A DNA stretch of 64,000 bases from an uncultured Gemmatimonadales bacterium (GTDB lineage: Bacteria > Gemmatimonadota > Gemmatimonadetes > Longimicrobiales > RSA9): assembly GCA_963741945.1 (NCBI GenBank), contig CAVUKA010000001.1:1312001-1376000 (forward strand), written 5' to 3'. A program made the translations under genes and the position numbers. Under the pieces are notes generated by a model that saw only the letters and a list, made by a program, of their open reading frames with translations, was not told where the DNA came from and searched no databases. Below, piece after piece: positions 49,413 through 58,977 of this stretch. Each line of letters opens with the position of its first letter. Within the stretch, counting starts at the first letter, position 1.

Positions 49413-51545
49413 GTGGCGGACCTCGAACGCCGGACCCGGCTCCGCCTCGCCGCCCTCAATGGCGTGGCCCGCGCCCTCATGACCGCCGACACGGCCACCG
49501 GGGCGGTGGAGGACGTGCTCGCCGCCGTGGGTGGCGGGCTGGAGTGGACCGTCGCCGAGTACTGGGTTCCGGACGATGATCCGGGCTCCCTGCGCCGCGA
49601 AGCGTGCTGGAGCGACCCGCTCGCCGATGTCGCGGCGTTCGTGAACGCGGGCGAGGACCTGCCGCTGGCCCCGGGTCGGGGCCTTGCCGGTCGCGTGCTG
49701 GAGTCGGCGCGGGCGGCGTGGATCCGCGATGTGGCCGATGACCCTTACTTCGTGCGCCAGGAATCGGCCCGCGATGCCGGTCTCCACGGCGCCTTCGCCG
49801 TCCCCGTCCCCCTCGAGGGCGGGCTGAGCGCGGTACTCCAGCTCTTCACCCGCGAGCGCGCAGATGAGGATCCGGAGCTCCTCGAGACGATCGTGGCGAT
49901 CGGGGCGCACCTGGGTGAGTTTCTCCTCCGCCGCCGCGCGGAGACCGCCCTTCGGCAGACCGAGCAGCGCCTCAGCTTCCAGGCCAGGCTCCTGGACGCG
50001 GTCGGTGAAGCCGTGATCGCCACCGACCTGGACGGCCGCATCCGGTACTGGAACGCCCACGCGGAGCAGCTCTTCGGCTGGAAGGCCCACGAGGTGCTCG
50101 GCCGCGACGTGGCGGACGTGACGCCCACCAGCATCGCCCGGGACCGCGGGCGCACCATCATGGAGCGGTTGCGGAAGGGGGAGAGCTGGTCGGGCGAATT
50201 CATGGTCCGCGACCGTGACGGCCAGGAGTTCCCGGTGCTGCTCACGGACTCCCCGATTTTCGGCGAGGATGGTGGTCTCATCGGCGTCGTGGGCGTCTCG
50301 ACGGACATCACGGACAGGAAACGGGCGGAGGAGGGGCAGCGCTTCCTGGCCGAGGCCGGACGCGTCCTGGCCAGCTCCCTCGATTTCGGCACCACCCTCC
50401 GCACCGTCGCGGCTCTCGCCGTCCCCACACTCGGCGACTGGTGCATCGTCCAGGTCCCGGCCGACAGCGCCGGGGACGACACCGTGGCCCGGGCCGTGCC
50501 CCACGACCAGATCGACGCCGCCCAGCTGTTCGAGGCCGCCGCCGCGGCCGAAAGCGGTCTGCTGGACACCGTGCTCCGCAACCCCGTCCCCTTCACAGGC
50601 CCCTCGCCCGAGGGCCCCTCGCTCCTGCGCGCCGACCGGCTCGCGCGATTCGGCATCCGCGCCCTCCTGGCCGTGCCGCTCCTCGGCCGGGAACAGGCGA
50701 TCGGGATGGTCACGTTCGCCGTCACCGGCTCCGAGCGTGATTACGACCAGGCGGACGCCGGGCTCGCGGAAGAGCTGGCCCGGCGGGCCGCGCTGGCCAT
50801 CGAGAACGCACGGCTGTACCGTCGGGCCGAGGAGGGGAACCGGGCGAAAGCCGATTTCCTGGCCGTGGTGTCTCATGAGCTACGGACGCCACTCAATGCC
50901 ATCGCCGGGTACGCCGACCTCCTGGTCAGCGGCGTCGGTGGAGACCTGGATGAAGTGCATGCCCGCCAGGTCGACCGGATCAAGGTCGGGGCGCGACACC
51001 TCGCCCACATCATCGACGAGATCCTGGCCTTCGCCCGCGTCGAAGCCGGGCGCACGGTAGTGGCGGTCGAGCGGACTGATGTTGGGGAGGTCGTGGAGGA
51101 AGCCGCGGTCGTGGTGGAGCCGGACGCGCGGGAGAAGGGGCTGGCGTTCAGCGTGGAGGTGCCCGATGAGCCGCTGCTCGCGGTGACGGACCCCGGAAAG
51201 GTCCGCCAGATCATGGTGAACCTGCTGAGCAACGCCATCAAGTACACGCGTCAGGGCGGAGTCGCCGTCGCAGCGCGGGCCCGCGACGGCGGCGTCGAGC
51301 TGCAGGTACGGGATACCGGCATTGGCATTGCCCCCGAGAACACGGCGCGCATATTCGAGCCTTTCTGGCAGGCGGAGGCCCCGAACACCCGAACGATCGG
51401 CGGCACCGGCCTGGGTTTGAGCGTGAACCAGCGATTGCTGAACCTGCTGGGGGGAACCATCGACGTCGAGAGCGAGCAGGGCGTGGGCAGCACGTTCACG
51501 GTGTGGATTCCCGCCGCCCGGTCACCGGTCGACCATGACGGATGA
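49413..51545 (+). CDS. Cytoplasmic sensor histidine kinase (GAF-PAS-GAF-HisKA-HATPase)
   Basis: SHELRTPL, NLLSNAIKYT, DTGIGI and GGTGLGL motifs; PAS (AVIATDLDG..WN) and GAF segments; no TM helix. Confidence 0.93.
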   Translation: MADLERRTRLRLAALNGVARALMTADTATGAVEDVLAAVGGGLEWTVAEYWVPDDDPGSLRREACWSDPLADVAAFVNAGEDLPLAPGRGLAGRVLESARAAWIRDVADDPYFVRQESARDAGLHGAFAVPVPLEGGLSAVLQLFTRERADEDPELLETIVAIGAHLGEFLLRRRAETALRQTEQRLSFQARLLDAVGEAVIATDLDGRIRYWNAHAEQLFGWKAHEVLGRDVADVTPTSIARDRGRTIMERLRKGESWSGEFMVRDRDGQEFPVLLTDSPIFGEDGGLIGVVGVSTDITDRKRAEEGQRFLAEAGRVLASSLDFGTTLRTVAALAVPTLGDWCIVQVPADSAGDDTVARAVPHDQIDAAQLFEAAAAAESGLLDTVLRNPVPFTGPSPEGPSLLRADRLARFGIRALLAVPLLGREQAIGMVTFAVTGSERDYDQADAGLAEELARRAALAIENARLYRRAEEGNRAKADFLAVVSHELRTPLNAIAGYADLLVSGVGGDLDEVHARQVDRIKVGARHLAHIIDEILAFARVEAGRTVVAVERTDVGEVVEEAAVVVEPDAREKGLAFSVEVPDEPLLAVTDPGKVRQIMVNLLSNAIKYTRQGGVAVAARARDGGVELQVRDTGIGIAPENTARIFEPFWQAEAPNTRTIGGTGLGLSVNQRLLNLLGGTIDVESEQGVGSTFTVWIPAARSPVDHDG

Positions 51546-54228
51546 GCGGCCAGGCCGGATGCCACCGATCCGGCCCCATGCGAAGCAGCCGGACGGGTAT
51601 TTCCGCCTCCTGGTGGAGAGCGTCCGGGACTACGCCATCTTCCTGCTCGATCCCGACGGGCACATTGCCAGCTGGAACCCGGGCGCCGAGCGGCTGAAGG
51701 GATACACGGCCGAGCAGATCATCGGGCAGCACTACCGCATCTTCTATCCCGAGCAGGAGCGCGCGGCCCGGACGCCGGAGCGGCAGCTCGAAACGGCGGT
51801 CAGAGAAGGGCGCATCGAGCGCCGCGGCTGGCGCCTGCGCCAGGATGGCACCCGCTTCTGGGCCCAGGTGGTCATCACGGCACTCTTCCAGGGTGACAGC
51901 CTCGTGGGCTTCGCCAAGGTCACCGAGGATCTCACCGACCTGCGCAAACTTCTCGAAGAGCTCCGCGCGCGTGAAAAGCAGCTGGCGGAGGCGCAGAAGA
52001 TCGCCCATGTCGGCAGTTGGGAGTGGGTCCCGGAGACCGATCGGCTCCGCTGGTCCCGCGAGCTGTCCCGGATCTACGGCATCGAGCCGGACCAGGCGCT
52101 GGATCTGGCCGGGTACCTCGATCTCATCCACCCGGACGATCGCGACGCGATGCGGGCCGCCGTGGCGCGCTCGATGGAGACGGGAGCGCCGCTCGTCCAC
52201 GAGCACCGCGTGGTCACGCCCGCGGGTGAGGAACGCTGGGTCCAGGGCCGGGGCGAGGTCGTCCGCGACGAGCGGGGCCAGGTCATCGGCATGCGCGGCA
52301 CCGCCATAGACATCACAGAGCTCAAGCAGGCGGAGCAGAAGAGCCGCCGTCTCGTGGCCGAGCAGCTGGCGCGCGCGGAGGCGGAGCGCACTGCGCAGCG
52401 CATGGGACTGCTGGCCGAGGCCAGCGCCCTCGTGGGCGCGTCGCTCCAGTTCGAAGAGACGCTCAGCACCGTGGCCTGGCTCGCCGTCCCTTCCTTCGCC
52501 GACTGGTGCGCGGTCGACATGGTCGACGCCTCGGGGCGCCTGCACCGCCTCGCGGCGGCCCACATCGACCCGGAGCGCGTGGCCATCGCCCGCGAGATCC
52601 ACGAGCGCTACCCGCCGGATCCCGCCGCCGACCGTGGGGTCTACGCCGTGCTTCGCACCGGGGAGCCGGAGCTGCTGGAGGAGATCCCGCCGGAGATGCT
52701 GGCCGACCTCGCCCGCGACGAGGAGCACCGCCGCCGCCTGGACGAGCTCGGGCTCCACTCCTCCATCATGGTCCCGATCCGGGTCGCCGATCGGTCGCTC
52801 GGTGTGATCACGTTCATCAATGCAGAGTCGGAGCGACGGTACAGCAGGGAGGACCTCATCGTGGCCGAGGAGCTGGCCGGCCGCGCGGCCCTGGCCATCG
52901 AGAACGCGCAGCTCCACGCGGCAGAGCGGGAGGCCAGGCAGCGGGCGGAGCAGGCCACCACCCGGATCGCCCGGCTCCAGTCCATCACGGCCGAGCTGTC
53001 CGAGGCGGTCACACCCGAAGCCGTGGCATCGGTCATCGTGGACGCGGGCGTGGCGGCGCTCGGTGCCAACAGCGGCTCGCTCATCCTCGCCACGAAGGAC
53101 GACCCGTCCGCATTCCGGATCGTCCGCTCCATCGGCGTGCCGAGTCACGTGGTCGAGCGCTACCGCGTCTTCCCGCCCGACGCCCCCGTCCCCCTGGCTT
53201 CGGCCGTGCGCCTTGGCGAGCTCGTGCTCGTGCGCAACCCGCGCGAACTGGCGGAGCGCTTCCCGCAGCTCGTTGAAATCCGGGGGGAGCAGGCGATCGG
53301 CGCGCTCGCGGCCGTGCCGCTCCGCTCGGGGGAGCGCGTCCTCGGCGGCCTGGGATTCACCTACCCCGAGGCCCGCGACTTCGTCGCCGAGGACCGGGAC
53401 TTCCTGATGGCCATCGGCCGCCAGTGCGTGCAGGCGCTGGAACGCGCGCGGCTCTACGAGACGGAGCACGCGGCGAGGCGGGCGGCGGAGGCGGCGAGCG
53501 AGGCCAAGAGCCAGTTCGTGGCCATGATGAGCCATGAGCTACGCACCCCGCTGGCCGCCATCATCGGCTATCAGGAGCTGCTCTCGGAGGAGATCGTCGG
53601 TCCGATCAACGACAGGCAGAAGGACCAGCTGTCGCGCATCCGGGCTTCCGCCTCGCACCTGCGCGACCTGATCAATCAGATCCTGAGCCTGTCACGGATC
53701 GAGGCGGGCAGGGAGCAGGTCTTCCCGGAGACCATCGACCTCGCCGAGCTTGCGCGGGACGTGGCCATCCTCATGGAGCGCGAAGTGGAATCCAAGGGGC
53801 TGAGCTTCCGGGTCGAGATCCCCGAAGAGGAGACGGATGCCGAAACCGACGCGGGGAAAGTACGCCAGATCCTGCTGAACCTGCTGTCCAACGCCATCAA
53901 GTTCACGGATTCCGGCGAGATCGGGATCCGCTTCTCCGCCACGGACGCGGAGGCCCGGATCGAGGTGTGGGACACCGGGATCGGGATCCCGGCCGACGAC
54001 CAGGACCGGGTGTTCGAAGCGTTCACGCAGGTCGACCAGTCCATGACGCGACGCGCCGGCGGCACCGGCCTCGGCCTCCCCGTGAGTCGGCACCTTGCCC
54101 ATCTCCTGGGCGGTGGACTCGCGCTCGACAGTGCCCCCGATCGGGGCAGCACGTTCGTCCTCACCCTCCCCCTGGTGCTCCCGGACACACCTCCCCGGGA
54201 AGCCGCAGCGCCGCCCGACGCCGCATGA
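51535..54228 (+). CDS. Cytoplasmic sensor histidine kinase (PAS-PAS-GAF-GAF-HisKA-HATPase)
   Basis: DYAIFLLD..SWNPGAERLKGY, GSWEW..IHPDD, SHELRTPL, NLLSNAIKFT and GGTGLGL motifs. Confidence 0.93.
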   Translation: MTDERPGRMPPIRPHAKQPDGYFRLLVESVRDYAIFLLDPDGHIASWNPGAERLKGYTAEQIIGQHYRIFYPEQERAARTPERQLETAVREGRIERRGWRLRQDGTRFWAQVVITALFQGDSLVGFAKVTEDLTDLRKLLEELRAREKQLAEAQKIAHVGSWEWVPETDRLRWSRELSRIYGIEPDQALDLAGYLDLIHPDDRDAMRAAVARSMETGAPLVHEHRVVTPAGEERWVQGRGEVVRDERGQVIGMRGTAIDITELKQAEQKSRRLVAEQLARAEAERTAQRMGLLAEASALVGASLQFEETLSTVAWLAVPSFADWCAVDMVDASGRLHRLAAAHIDPERVAIAREIHERYPPDPAADRGVYAVLRTGEPELLEEIPPEMLADLARDEEHRRRLDELGLHSSIMVPIRVADRSLGVITFINAESERRYSREDLIVAEELAGRAALAIENAQLHAAEREARQRAEQATTRIARLQSITAELSEAVTPEAVASVIVDAGVAALGANSGSLILATKDDPSAFRIVRSIGVPSHVVERYRVFPPDAPVPLASAVRLGELVLVRNPRELAERFPQLVEIRGEQAIGALAAVPLRSGERVLGGLGFTYPEARDFVAEDRDFLMAIGRQCVQALERARLYETEHAARRAAEAASEAKSQFVAMMSHELRTPLAAIIGYQELLSEEIVGPINDRQKDQLSRIRASASHLRDLINQILSLSRIEAGREQVFPETIDLAELARDVAILMEREVESKGLSFRVEIPEEETDAETDAGKVRQILLNLLSNAIKFTDSGEIGIRFSATDAEARIEVWDTGIGIPADDQDRVFEAFTQVDQSMTRRAGGTGLGLPVSRHLAHLLGGGLALDSAPDRGSTFVLTLPLVLPDTPPREAAAPPDAA

Positions 54229-54255
54229 CGGAAGCGGCCCGACGGGCCGCTTCCG
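54229..54255. terminator. Perfect hairpin between convergent genes (bidirectional terminator candidate)
   Basis: CGGAAGCGGCCC-GAC-GGGCCGCTTCCG, 12-bp stem. Confidence 0.7.
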
Positions 54256-54258
54256 GCG

Positions 54259-54582
54259 TTACTCCACCGCCTCGGTCCGCACGGCCGTGCCGTAGCACAT
54301 GATCTCGGCCGCGCCCTTCATGATCTCCGATGTCTGGAAGCGGGCGCAGATCACCGCATCCGCGCCCAGGGAGTCCGCTTCCTCGATCATCCGGTCGATG
54401 GCCTGCTCCCGGGACTCGGCCAGCATTTTCGTGTACTCCCGGATCTCGCCACCGGCCAGGTTCCGGAACATGGCCATGATGTCCCTGCCGACGAACCGCG
54501 CCCGTATCGTGTTCCCGCGTACGAGCCCCAGCGTCTCCACTACTCTTCTTCCCACGATCTCGGACGTCGTAGTGACGATCAT
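54259..54582 (-). CDS. ybjQ: YbjQ/UPF0145 family protein
   Basis: MIVTTT..I.G..LGLVRG..GGEIREYT..SREQAIDRM..GADAV..YGTAV pattern. Confidence 0.92.
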   Translation of the reverse strand: MIVTTTSEIVGRRVVETLGLVRGNTIRARFVGRDIMAMFRNLAGGEIREYTKMLAESREQAIDRMIEEADSLGADAVICARFQTSEIMKGAAEIMCYGTAVRTEAVE

Positions 54583-54992
54583 CGCTGCACTTCCCGGTAT
54601 GGGTCCGTCTTCAGATCCCGGACTCGGTCGATCACGGCGCTGAGGGCGAGCATGAGGAGGCCCACGACGATCGCGCTCGTGGCCAGCTTCTGCCACAACG
54701 CCTCACTGCCCGTGAGGAACTGGAAGACCGCGTACGCCAGCCACACCACCGTGCCGGCCGTGAACAGGATCCAGCCCACGGGCTGCGTGAGCTTGCGGTT
54801 CACCGCGTTCCAGACCGTCCCGTGCGCATCCATATCCGCTCCAAGCTCCGCCAGGTCAGACTTCATGCGGTTGTACAGCACGTACTCGCGCTTCAGCTCC
54901 GTGCTGGATTCGAGCGCTTCTTCCACGGCGCGCATCCGCTCCGGCGGGAGCTCGCCATCCAGGTAGCGCATCAGCTCGTCGTGTGTGATCAC
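54579..54992 (-). CDS. Membrane-anchored anti-sigma factor (degenerate zf-HC2)
   Basis: ELMRYLDGEL N-terminus and two TM helices; directly downstream of the ECF sigma with GTGA overlap. Confidence 0.8.
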   Translation of the reverse strand: MITHDELMRYLDGELPPERMRAVEEALESSTELKREYVLYNRMKSDLAELGADMDAHGTVWNAVNRKLTQPVGWILFTAGTVVWLAYAVFQFLTGSEALWQKLATSAIVVGLLMLALSAVIDRVRDLKTDPYREVQR

Positions 54993-55603
54993 GGGTACTC
55001 CACCCCGATCTCCTCCAGCGCTTCCTTCAGTGCCCCGCGCGCGTGGAAGAGACGGCTGGCCACCGTCCCCTCCGGGATGTCGAGCGCTTCGGCGATCTCC
55101 GTGTAGCTCAGACCTTCCAGCTCCTTCAGAACAAGTACCTCCCGGTGATCCACCGAGATCCTGCTGAGCCCCCGCCAGAGCAGGTCCTTCGCTTCCGCCT
55201 GCCGCCTCGACCGCTCCGTGTCCGCCGGCGACGCCATCCGCTCGCTCATCAATGGACTGATCCGCTCCGTTCGGAACCCCGCCTTCTGCCGGCGCAGCGC
55301 GTCGCGACACTGGTTGCGCAGGATCTGGAGGAACCACGGTCGGAAGCTGCGGCCCAGCTCGAAACGGTCCAGCGCGCGGAACGCCTTGATGAACGATTCC
55401 TGCACTGCATCGCGCGCCGCGTCCGGCTCGCCCAGAATCGCCACCGCTACCCGGTGCGCCTCCCCCTCGTATGCCCTGACCAGCGGCTCGTAGAACTCCT
55501 TCCGCCCCGCCTGGCACTTCCGGATCAGCTCGGTCTCCGTATCCGGACGCGATAGTCGGGTACGTCCCGGCGTGCGATGCCCTTCAACGTGCCCCGCCGT
55601 CAT
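54989..55603 (-). CDS. ECF RNA polymerase sigma factor
   Basis: DAVQESFIKAF, FRPWFLQI.RN and LSYTEIAEALDIPEGTVASRLFHAR motifs. Confidence 0.93.
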   Translation of the reverse strand: MTAGHVEGHRTPGRTRLSRPDTETELIRKCQAGRKEFYEPLVRAYEGEAHRVAVAILGEPDAARDAVQESFIKAFRALDRFELGRSFRPWFLQILRNQCRDALRRQKAGFRTERISPLMSERMASPADTERSRRQAEAKDLLWRGLSRISVDHREVLVLKELEGLSYTEIAEALDIPEGTVASRLFHARGALKEALEEIGVEYP

Positions 55604-56628
55604 CGCCGCGACACCCCCAGCCCGGGCGCCGCGTTGAACCGGATCCGGCCATCCTCCTCCATGCCGGGCCCCGTGAACGGGTCGCCCTCCAGCAGGAGCG
55701 CGCCATCCAGGTCCAGATAGTCCATGAGCGGAGCCAGCTGCACCGCCGCGGCGATGCCCAGCGTGCTCTGAAGCATGCAGCCGAGCATCACCATGAGCCC
55801 ATGGCTCCGCGCCGTGTGCACCATCCGGATCGCTTCCCGCAGCGAGCCAGCCTTCGCCAGCTTGATGTTGATCCCGTCCACCGCACCCACCAGTCCGGGG
55901 ATGTCCGCGGCCGTCTCGCACGATTCGTCGGCGACGATGGGGAGTCGGGATCGACGCGCCAGCAGCCGCATCCCGTCCCGGTCCTCCGGGCGCAGCGGCT
56001 GCTCCACGAACGCCACCCCCATCTCCTCCAGCATCGGCATGCACCGCAGCGCCTCCTTCGCCGTCCACGCCGTGTTGGCGTCCACGTACAGCACCGCGTC
56101 CGGCGCTTCTTCGCGGATGGCCCGCAGGCGAGCCTCGTCATCGGCGCCGCCCACCTTCACTTTCAGGACCGGCCGCTGCGCGGCGCGTCTCGCCTTCTCC
56201 CGCGTCTCGGCGGCGTCCGCCATCGCCAGCGTGAACGAGGACCGCGGCGCCGCCCCGGGATCCAGCCCCAGGAGCCGCCACACCGGCTCGCCGAGCCGCT
56301 TCCCCACCAGGTCGTGCAGCGCTGCCGAGATCGCCGTCCGCGCCGATGGGTTCCGCCGCACTGCGGCCACGAGCGCCGCCTCAATGGCCTCCAGCGCGAA
56401 CGGGTCCGTGGCCGACTCCACGACCCGGCCGTAGCGGGGGAGGACCGCCGCCACCGTTTCGGCCGTCTCGCCGTAGAACGCGGTCGCGGCCGCCTCGCCC
56501 CAGCCCTCCACTCCGTCGGCGTCCCTCAGACGCACCCACACGTTGCGCCGGCCGTGGGGATCCGACGGCCGGGCGATGTGGAACGGCTCGCGTGTCCGCA
56601 GGTCCAGGATTTCGAACTCTAGATGCAT
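55600..56628 (-). CDS. Dipeptide epimerase (L-Ala-D/L-Glu epimerase, enolase superfamily)
   Basis: GWGEA, KVKVG, VDAN, EQP, ADES, NIKLAK and DLDG motifs. Confidence 0.9.
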   Translation of the reverse strand: MHLEFEILDLRTREPFHIARPSDPHGRRNVWVRLRDADGVEGWGEAAATAFYGETAETVAAVLPRYGRVVESATDPFALEAIEAALVAAVRRNPSARTAISAALHDLVGKRLGEPVWRLLGLDPGAAPRSSFTLAMADAAETREKARRAAQRPVLKVKVGGADDEARLRAIREEAPDAVLYVDANTAWTAKEALRCMPMLEEMGVAFVEQPLRPEDRDGMRLLARRSRLPIVADESCETAADIPGLVGAVDGINIKLAKAGSLREAIRMVHTARSHGLMVMLGCMLQSTLGIAAAVQLAPLMDYLDLDGALLLEGDPFTGPGMEEDGRIRFNAAPGLGVSRR

Positions 56629-56745
56629 GTAGCAAGGATCGGGTCGCGGAGGACAGCCTGGAGAGATTAACGTCCATTCCCCGCCGCGGGCCAGCCCGAC
56701 GCCCGCCCGGCGGTGGGTGGACCGCACGACCAGGAGGAAAGACGC

Positions 56746-57600
56746 ATGCGGCAGCGATGGCAGGAGCGGCAGGGAGAGGGCGCCTCCGACTACGAGCGCG
56801 TGGCGGCGGCGATCGCGTTCATAGACGAACACGCGCGCGCGCAGCCCCGGCTCGACGACGTGGCCGCGGCCGTGGGGCTGAGCCCGCACCATTTTCACCG
56901 GCTGTTCCGCCGCTGGGCCGGCACCACGCCCAAGCGCTTCCTTTCATTGATCACCCTGGAGCAGGCCAGGCGCCGCCTGGACGAGTCCCGCAGTGTCCTG
57001 GACGCCGCGTTCGCCAGCGGGCTCTCCGGGCCTGGACGGCTGCACGACCTCTTCGTCGCCGTGGACGGTGTCACCCCCGGCGAGTACCGGAGCGGCGGCG
57101 AAGGGGTCGAGATCCGATACGGTCAGGCGGACTCCCCGTTCGGCCGCGCGCTGCTCGGACGCACCACCCGCGGTCTCTGCCACCTCTCCTTCCCGGACGA
57201 CGGCGAGCCCGACGCCGACGACGCCCTGCCCTCCCTCGCGACGGAATGGCCCGGCGCATCGCTCCGCCGCGACGACGCGCTGGCGGCGGAGACCGCGCGC
57301 GCTATCTTCGCCGGCGACCACACTCCGCTCCACGTCCGCGGCACCAATTTCCAGGTGCGCGTGTGGCAGGCGCTGCTCCGGATCCCGTTCGGCGCCGTCG
57401 CCAGCTACGAGGACGTCGCCCGCGGGCTCGGCCGCCCCAGCGCCACGCGCGCCGTGGCCGGGGCGATCGCACGGAATCGCGTGGCGTGGCTGATCCCGTG
57501 CCACCGGGTCATCCGGAAAGTGGGGGAGACGGGCGGCTATCGATGGGGACCCGAGAGGAAGGCGGCGATGCTGGGGTGGGAAGCGGCGCACAGCGCGTGA
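56746..57600 (+). CDS. AraC-HTH / methylated-DNA--protein-cysteine methyltransferase (Ada/Ogt type)
   Basis: LSPHHFHRLF..WAGTTPK, GTNFQVRVW and IPCHRV motifs; AGGAGG RBS. Confidence 0.92.
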   Translation: MRQRWQERQGEGASDYERVAAAIAFIDEHARAQPRLDDVAAAVGLSPHHFHRLFRRWAGTTPKRFLSLITLEQARRRLDESRSVLDAAFASGLSGPGRLHDLFVAVDGVTPGEYRSGGEGVEIRYGQADSPFGRALLGRTTRGLCHLSFPDDGEPDADDALPSLATEWPGASLRRDDALAAETARAIFAGDHTPLHVRGTNFQVRVWQALLRIPFGAVASYEDVARGLGRPSATRAVAGAIARNRVAWLIPCHRVIRKVGETGGYRWGPERKAAMLGWEAAHSA

Positions 57601-58541
57601 CCGGGAGCGTGACCACGGACGGCGCCCCGCCCAAGGGCGCGTCCCGGGCGAGGATCGGCCTCGCCCTCGCCACCGTCTACATCATCTGGGGCTCCACCTA
57701 CCTGGCGATCCGCTTCGCCGTCGAGACGCTCCCGCCGTTCCTCATGGCCGGCACCCGGTTCCTCGTGGCCGGCGCCATCCTTTACGGCTGGCGCCGCGCG
57801 GCCGGGTTCGCGCGCCCCTCCGCGGCGCAATGGGGCGCCGCCACCGTCGTGGGCGGCCTCATGCTCCTCGGCGGCAACGGCGGCGTGGTCTGGGCCGAGC
57901 AGTGGGTCGAGTCCGGGACCGCCGCCCTCATCGTGGCCACCGTTCCGCTCTGGATGGTCCTGCTCGATTGGCTCCGCCCGGGGGGCCGGGCACCCGCGCC
58001 CGCCGTCTGGATCGGCATCCTCGTGGGACTCGGCGGCGTGACCATCCTCCTCGGCGGCCCCCGGACCGGCCCCAACTACCTCGTCGGCTGGACCGTCCTC
58101 GTCCTCGCTTCCGTGGCCTGGGCCGCCGGGTCGCTCTATTCCCGCAGCGCCTCGCTCCCCGCCCCGCTCCTCGCCACCGGGATGCAGATGCTCGCCGGCG
58201 GCGCACTCCTCGTCCTCGCCGGCATGGCCACCGGCGAGCTGGCGACGCTGGACCCCGCGGCCTTCTCCACCCGCTCCATTCTCGCCCTCGCCTACCTCGT
58301 CGTCTTCGGCTCACTCCTCGGCTACACCTCCTACGTCTGGCTCCTCCGCGTCACGCCCCCCGCCCTCGCCTCCACCTACGCCTACGTCAATCCCGTGGTG
58401 GCCGTCTTCCTCGGCTGGCTGCTCGCCGGCGAGCGGCTCACCGCCCGGATCATCCTCGCCTCCGCCATCATCGTGGGCGGCGTCGCCCTGATCACCAGCG
58501 CACGCGCCCGCAGTCGGAGGAGCCCGGCCGCACGCGGGTAG
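57597..58541 (+). CDS. EamA/DMT family transporter (YedA-like)
   Basis: VYIIWGSTYLAIR, FGSLLGY and YAYVNPVVAV motifs; about 10 TM helices. Confidence 0.92.
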   Translation: MTGSVTTDGAPPKGASRARIGLALATVYIIWGSTYLAIRFAVETLPPFLMAGTRFLVAGAILYGWRRAAGFARPSAAQWGAATVVGGLMLLGGNGGVVWAEQWVESGTAALIVATVPLWMVLLDWLRPGGRAPAPAVWIGILVGLGGVTILLGGPRTGPNYLVGWTVLVLASVAWAAGSLYSRSASLPAPLLATGMQMLAGGALLVLAGMATGELATLDPAAFSTRSILALAYLVVFGSLLGYTSYVWLLRVTPPALASTYAYVNPVVAVFLGWLLAGERLTARIILASAIIVGGVALITSARARSRRSPAARG

Positions 58542-58604
58542 CCGGAGCCGGCAGCGTGCGGAGCCGACAGCGTGGCCCCACCTGATCCGCGCGCCCGCCC
58601 CGCT

Positions 58605-58725
58605 CAGGGCCGCAGGGCCGCCGGGCCGCGGGGCCGCAGGGCCGCCGGGCCGCAGGGCCGCAGGGCCGCAGGGCCGCAGGGCCGCAGGGCCGCAGGGCAC
58701 CCGGTCACCCGGTCACCCGGGCACC
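58605..58725. repeat. Octamer microsatellites (CAGGGCCG)~12 followed by (CACCCGGT)~3
   Basis: Read directly from the sequence. Confidence 0.9.
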
Positions 58726-58734
58726 CCCTCCACG

Positions 58735-58926
58735 AAAGTCTCTCCACCTGGAGAGATCGGGGCCCGCGTCGCGCCGCCATAACAATCACGCCTGCAACGA
58801 CTTACGTACATTGTGCACCCGACAGGTCTCTCCACCTGGAGCGACTTTCCGGGACGAGAGCATACCCGCCGGCCGCAAGGTCTCTCCGCTGGAGCGACGT
58901 TCCGGGACGAGGGCATACCCGCCGGC
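58735..58926. repeat. Three palindromic GTCTCTCC-N-TGGAG(A/C)GA units, two of them within a ~54-bp tandem duplication
   Basis: Copies start at 58738, 58826 and 58880; duplicated units span 58824-58873 and 58878-58926. Confidence 0.85.
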
Positions 58927-58977
58927 GAGCCTGGCGGCGGTTCGGCGGCGCGAAACTTGAAACGCGCTCTGCGGCCC

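Noticed and set aside
58738-58926. Mini-CRISPR of palindromic repeats
   Set aside because: Only three degenerate copies with irregular spacing, and the intervening sequence is duplicated rather than unique.
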